A stretch of DNA of 64,000 nt from an uncultured Acidimicrobiaceae bacterium. GTDB taxonomy: Bacteria > Actinomycetota > Acidimicrobiia > Acidimicrobiales > RAAP-2. The notes beneath the pieces are model-generated. The model did no database searches and had not been told where the DNA came from. It saw only the letters and a program-made list of their open reading frames with translations. Positions 62,723 through 64,000 of the stretch are shown one piece after another. Position numbers and translations under genes: made by a program. The DNA is taken from contig CAWHFH010000027.1 in NCBI GenBank assembly GCA_963828455.1, positions 1,896 to 65,895 of the forward strand, in the 5' to 3' direction. The first letter of the stretch is position 1; each line of letters starts with the position of its first letter.

Positions 62723-64000
62723 TCTTGGGTCGGATCGAGCGGCTCGGAGTTGATCAGCGCCGCGTCTGGTCCGCCGCACGAGTGTGGGCTGCGCACCAAG
62801 CTCCGTACATGGCGAGCGCGCTACTGGCCCTCGACCCCGTGGTAGTGGACCAGTCCGAGGAGCCGCCCCAGGCCCGTTTCGACCTCAGCGCGTTGCCCGT
62901 CGACGACGAATGGCACGTCTACCTCGACCCTGAGGTGCTGAGCGCCAGCGACATCCACTCCGCAGGGTTCTGGCTCATCCACCAGGTGAGCCATCTCCTC
63001 CGTCACCATGCGGAGCGATCCTTGGCGGGAGGCGATGACGCGTCGGAGGGGCCGCTGACACGACGCACTGATGCTCAGCGCGGTTGGAACGTCGCGGCCG
63101 ATTGCGAGATCAACGACGACCTCGTGGCGGGCGAAGCTGCTACGCCTCGCGAGGCCGTCCGACCGAGCACTCTCGGCCTTCCGGACGCCTTGACGGCGGA
63201 GGAGTACTGGGACCTTCTCGGTGGCCGGGCGGAGACGAAGGATCCCTCCAGCAACGATGTGAACCACCGAGGCGATTGCGGCAGCGGCTGTGACGGTGCC
63301 AAGCGGCCCTGGGACAGTGGCTCGCCCGGAGTCGGCCAAACGGGGCGCAGGCTGGTCGAGCGGGACGTGGCTCGTCGTATCAAGGAGCACCAACGCCGGC
63401 GTGGGAGCGTGCCCGCGGGTTGGCGGCGTTGGGCCGACGAAGTCCTCGAGCCCACAGTCAGCTGGCAGCGACTCCTCGCCTCGGCCGTGCGCCTCGGCGT
63501 GGCCGATGTCGCCGGCCGCGTCGACTTCAGCTACCGCAAGCCGCCACGGCGGAGCGCGGCGGTGCCCGACGTGGTCCTTCCCAGCCTGCGCCAACCGCTC
63601 CCCAAGGTGGCCATGGTCCTCGACACGTCGGGAAGCATGAACGACCTGATGCTGTCCCAATGTCTTGGCGAAGTACAAGGCGTTCTCCGTGGCCTCGGCG
63701 TCGGTCGACGGCACTTGCGCATCGTGTGCTGCGACGCCACTGCGTTCGAAGCCCAGAAGGTGCTCGAAGCTCGAGACGTCCAACTGCTCGGAGGGGGTGG
63801 CACCGACATGGGCGCCGGGCTCGCAAAGGCGGCGGAACTCCGCCCACGGCCTGATCTCATCATCCTCCTGACGGACGGCTTCACTCCTTGGCCGGCCGAG
63901 CCACCAAAGAGGATCAATGTGATCGTCGGCCTCATGGACCCCAATGGGGCGGTGCCCGACTGGGCTCGGGCTATCACCATCGGTCCGCCCGTGGCGGCGT
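62719..64000 (+). CDS. Putative-metallopeptidase-domain + VWA-like (DUF2201-type) protein; partial, runs off the right edge
   Basis: My own translation from GTG 62719 (GTGA overlap with the AAA+ stop): ..GFWLIHQVSHLLRHH..WNVAADCEINDDL.. then VWA MIDAS-like VLDTSGSM, GGGGTDM, ILLTDG. Absent from the ORF track because there is no stop inside the window. Confidence 0.75.
   Translation, partial: MILGRIERLGVDQRRVWSAARVWAAHQAPYMASALLALDPVVVDQSEEPPQARFDLSALPVDDEWHVYLDPEVLSASDIHSAGFWLIHQVSHLLRHHAERSLAGGDDASEGPLTRRTDAQRGWNVAADCEINDDLVAGEAATPREAVRPSTLGLPDALTAEEYWDLLGGRAETKDPSSNDVNHRGDCGSGCDGAKRPWDSGSPGVGQTGRRLVERDVARRIKEHQRRRGSVPAGWRRWADEVLEPTVSWQRLLASAVRLGVADVAGRVDFSYRKPPRRSAAVPDVVLPSLRQPLPKVAMVLDTSGSMNDLMLSQCLGEVQGVLRGLGVGRRHLRIVCCDATAFEAQKVLEARDVQLLGGGGTDMGAGLAKAAELRPRPDLIILLTDGFTPWPAEPPKRINVIVGLMDPNGAVPDWARAITIGPPVAA

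Noticed and set aside
62821-63783. 320-aa minus-strand ORF at the right end
   Set aside because: It is antisense to the clearly recognisable VWA/metallopeptidase-like gene on the plus strand, which is missing from the track only because it has no stop in the window.
1-64000. CRISPR arrays, rRNA genes, transposases, integrases
   Set aside because: I saw no regularly spaced short direct repeats, no rRNA-like conserved stretches, and no DDE-transposase or tyrosine/serine-recombinase motifs in any listed ORF or in my own translations of unassigned regions.

Overview
This is a 64-kb high-GC segment (hand-counted 60-nt lines run about 65-72% G+C). It looks like an Actinomycetota chromosome: DUF222/HNH, LigD-type NHEJ parts, WS/DGAT, PPOX-type oxidoreductase, DUF4232, and many SDR/TetR/PadR genes. 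About 58 coding regions are supported.

Left third: an NHEJ trio (ATP-dependent ligase, HhH-PHP protein, PolDom), PIG-L deacetylase, MFS transporter, SDR, Bcp, an orphan OmpR-type regulator, and WS/DGAT plus patatin.

Middle: an ABC + ABC-2 + histidine kinase + LuxR regulator module, and a liv-type ABC operon that contains an unusual MFS-NBD-NBD fusion. Then a MacB-type exporter, TauD, XRE-cupin, Hsp20, amidohydrolase, GH16, two PadR modules, an esterase and a CocE/NonD hydrolase. The middle ends with two diguanylate cyclases, an NPP-type phosphodiesterase and a CAP + beta-propeller-repeat protein.

Right quarter (about 49.6-61.5 kb): this part looks lower in GC and accessory. It carries a TetR + ABC-2 exporter cassette and a second liv-type operon. 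Each is bracketed by copies of a ~150-nt direct repeat that ends in a tRNA-Gly(CCC) 3' fragment. After that come GntR, an Asp-box propeller protein, a DUF4232 protein, and a MoxR-like AAA+ / VWA (DUF2201-like) pair that runs off the right edge.

I found no rRNA, intact tRNA, CRISPR array, transposase or integrase.

Major caveat: 14 genes change reading frame by one nucleotide mid-gene (16 discontinuities in all). The very long ORFs in the track (21363..26000, 14363..16495, 35473..37470 and others) are therefore composites. The pattern fits assembly indel errors better than mass pseudogenisation, but the sequence alone cannot decide.
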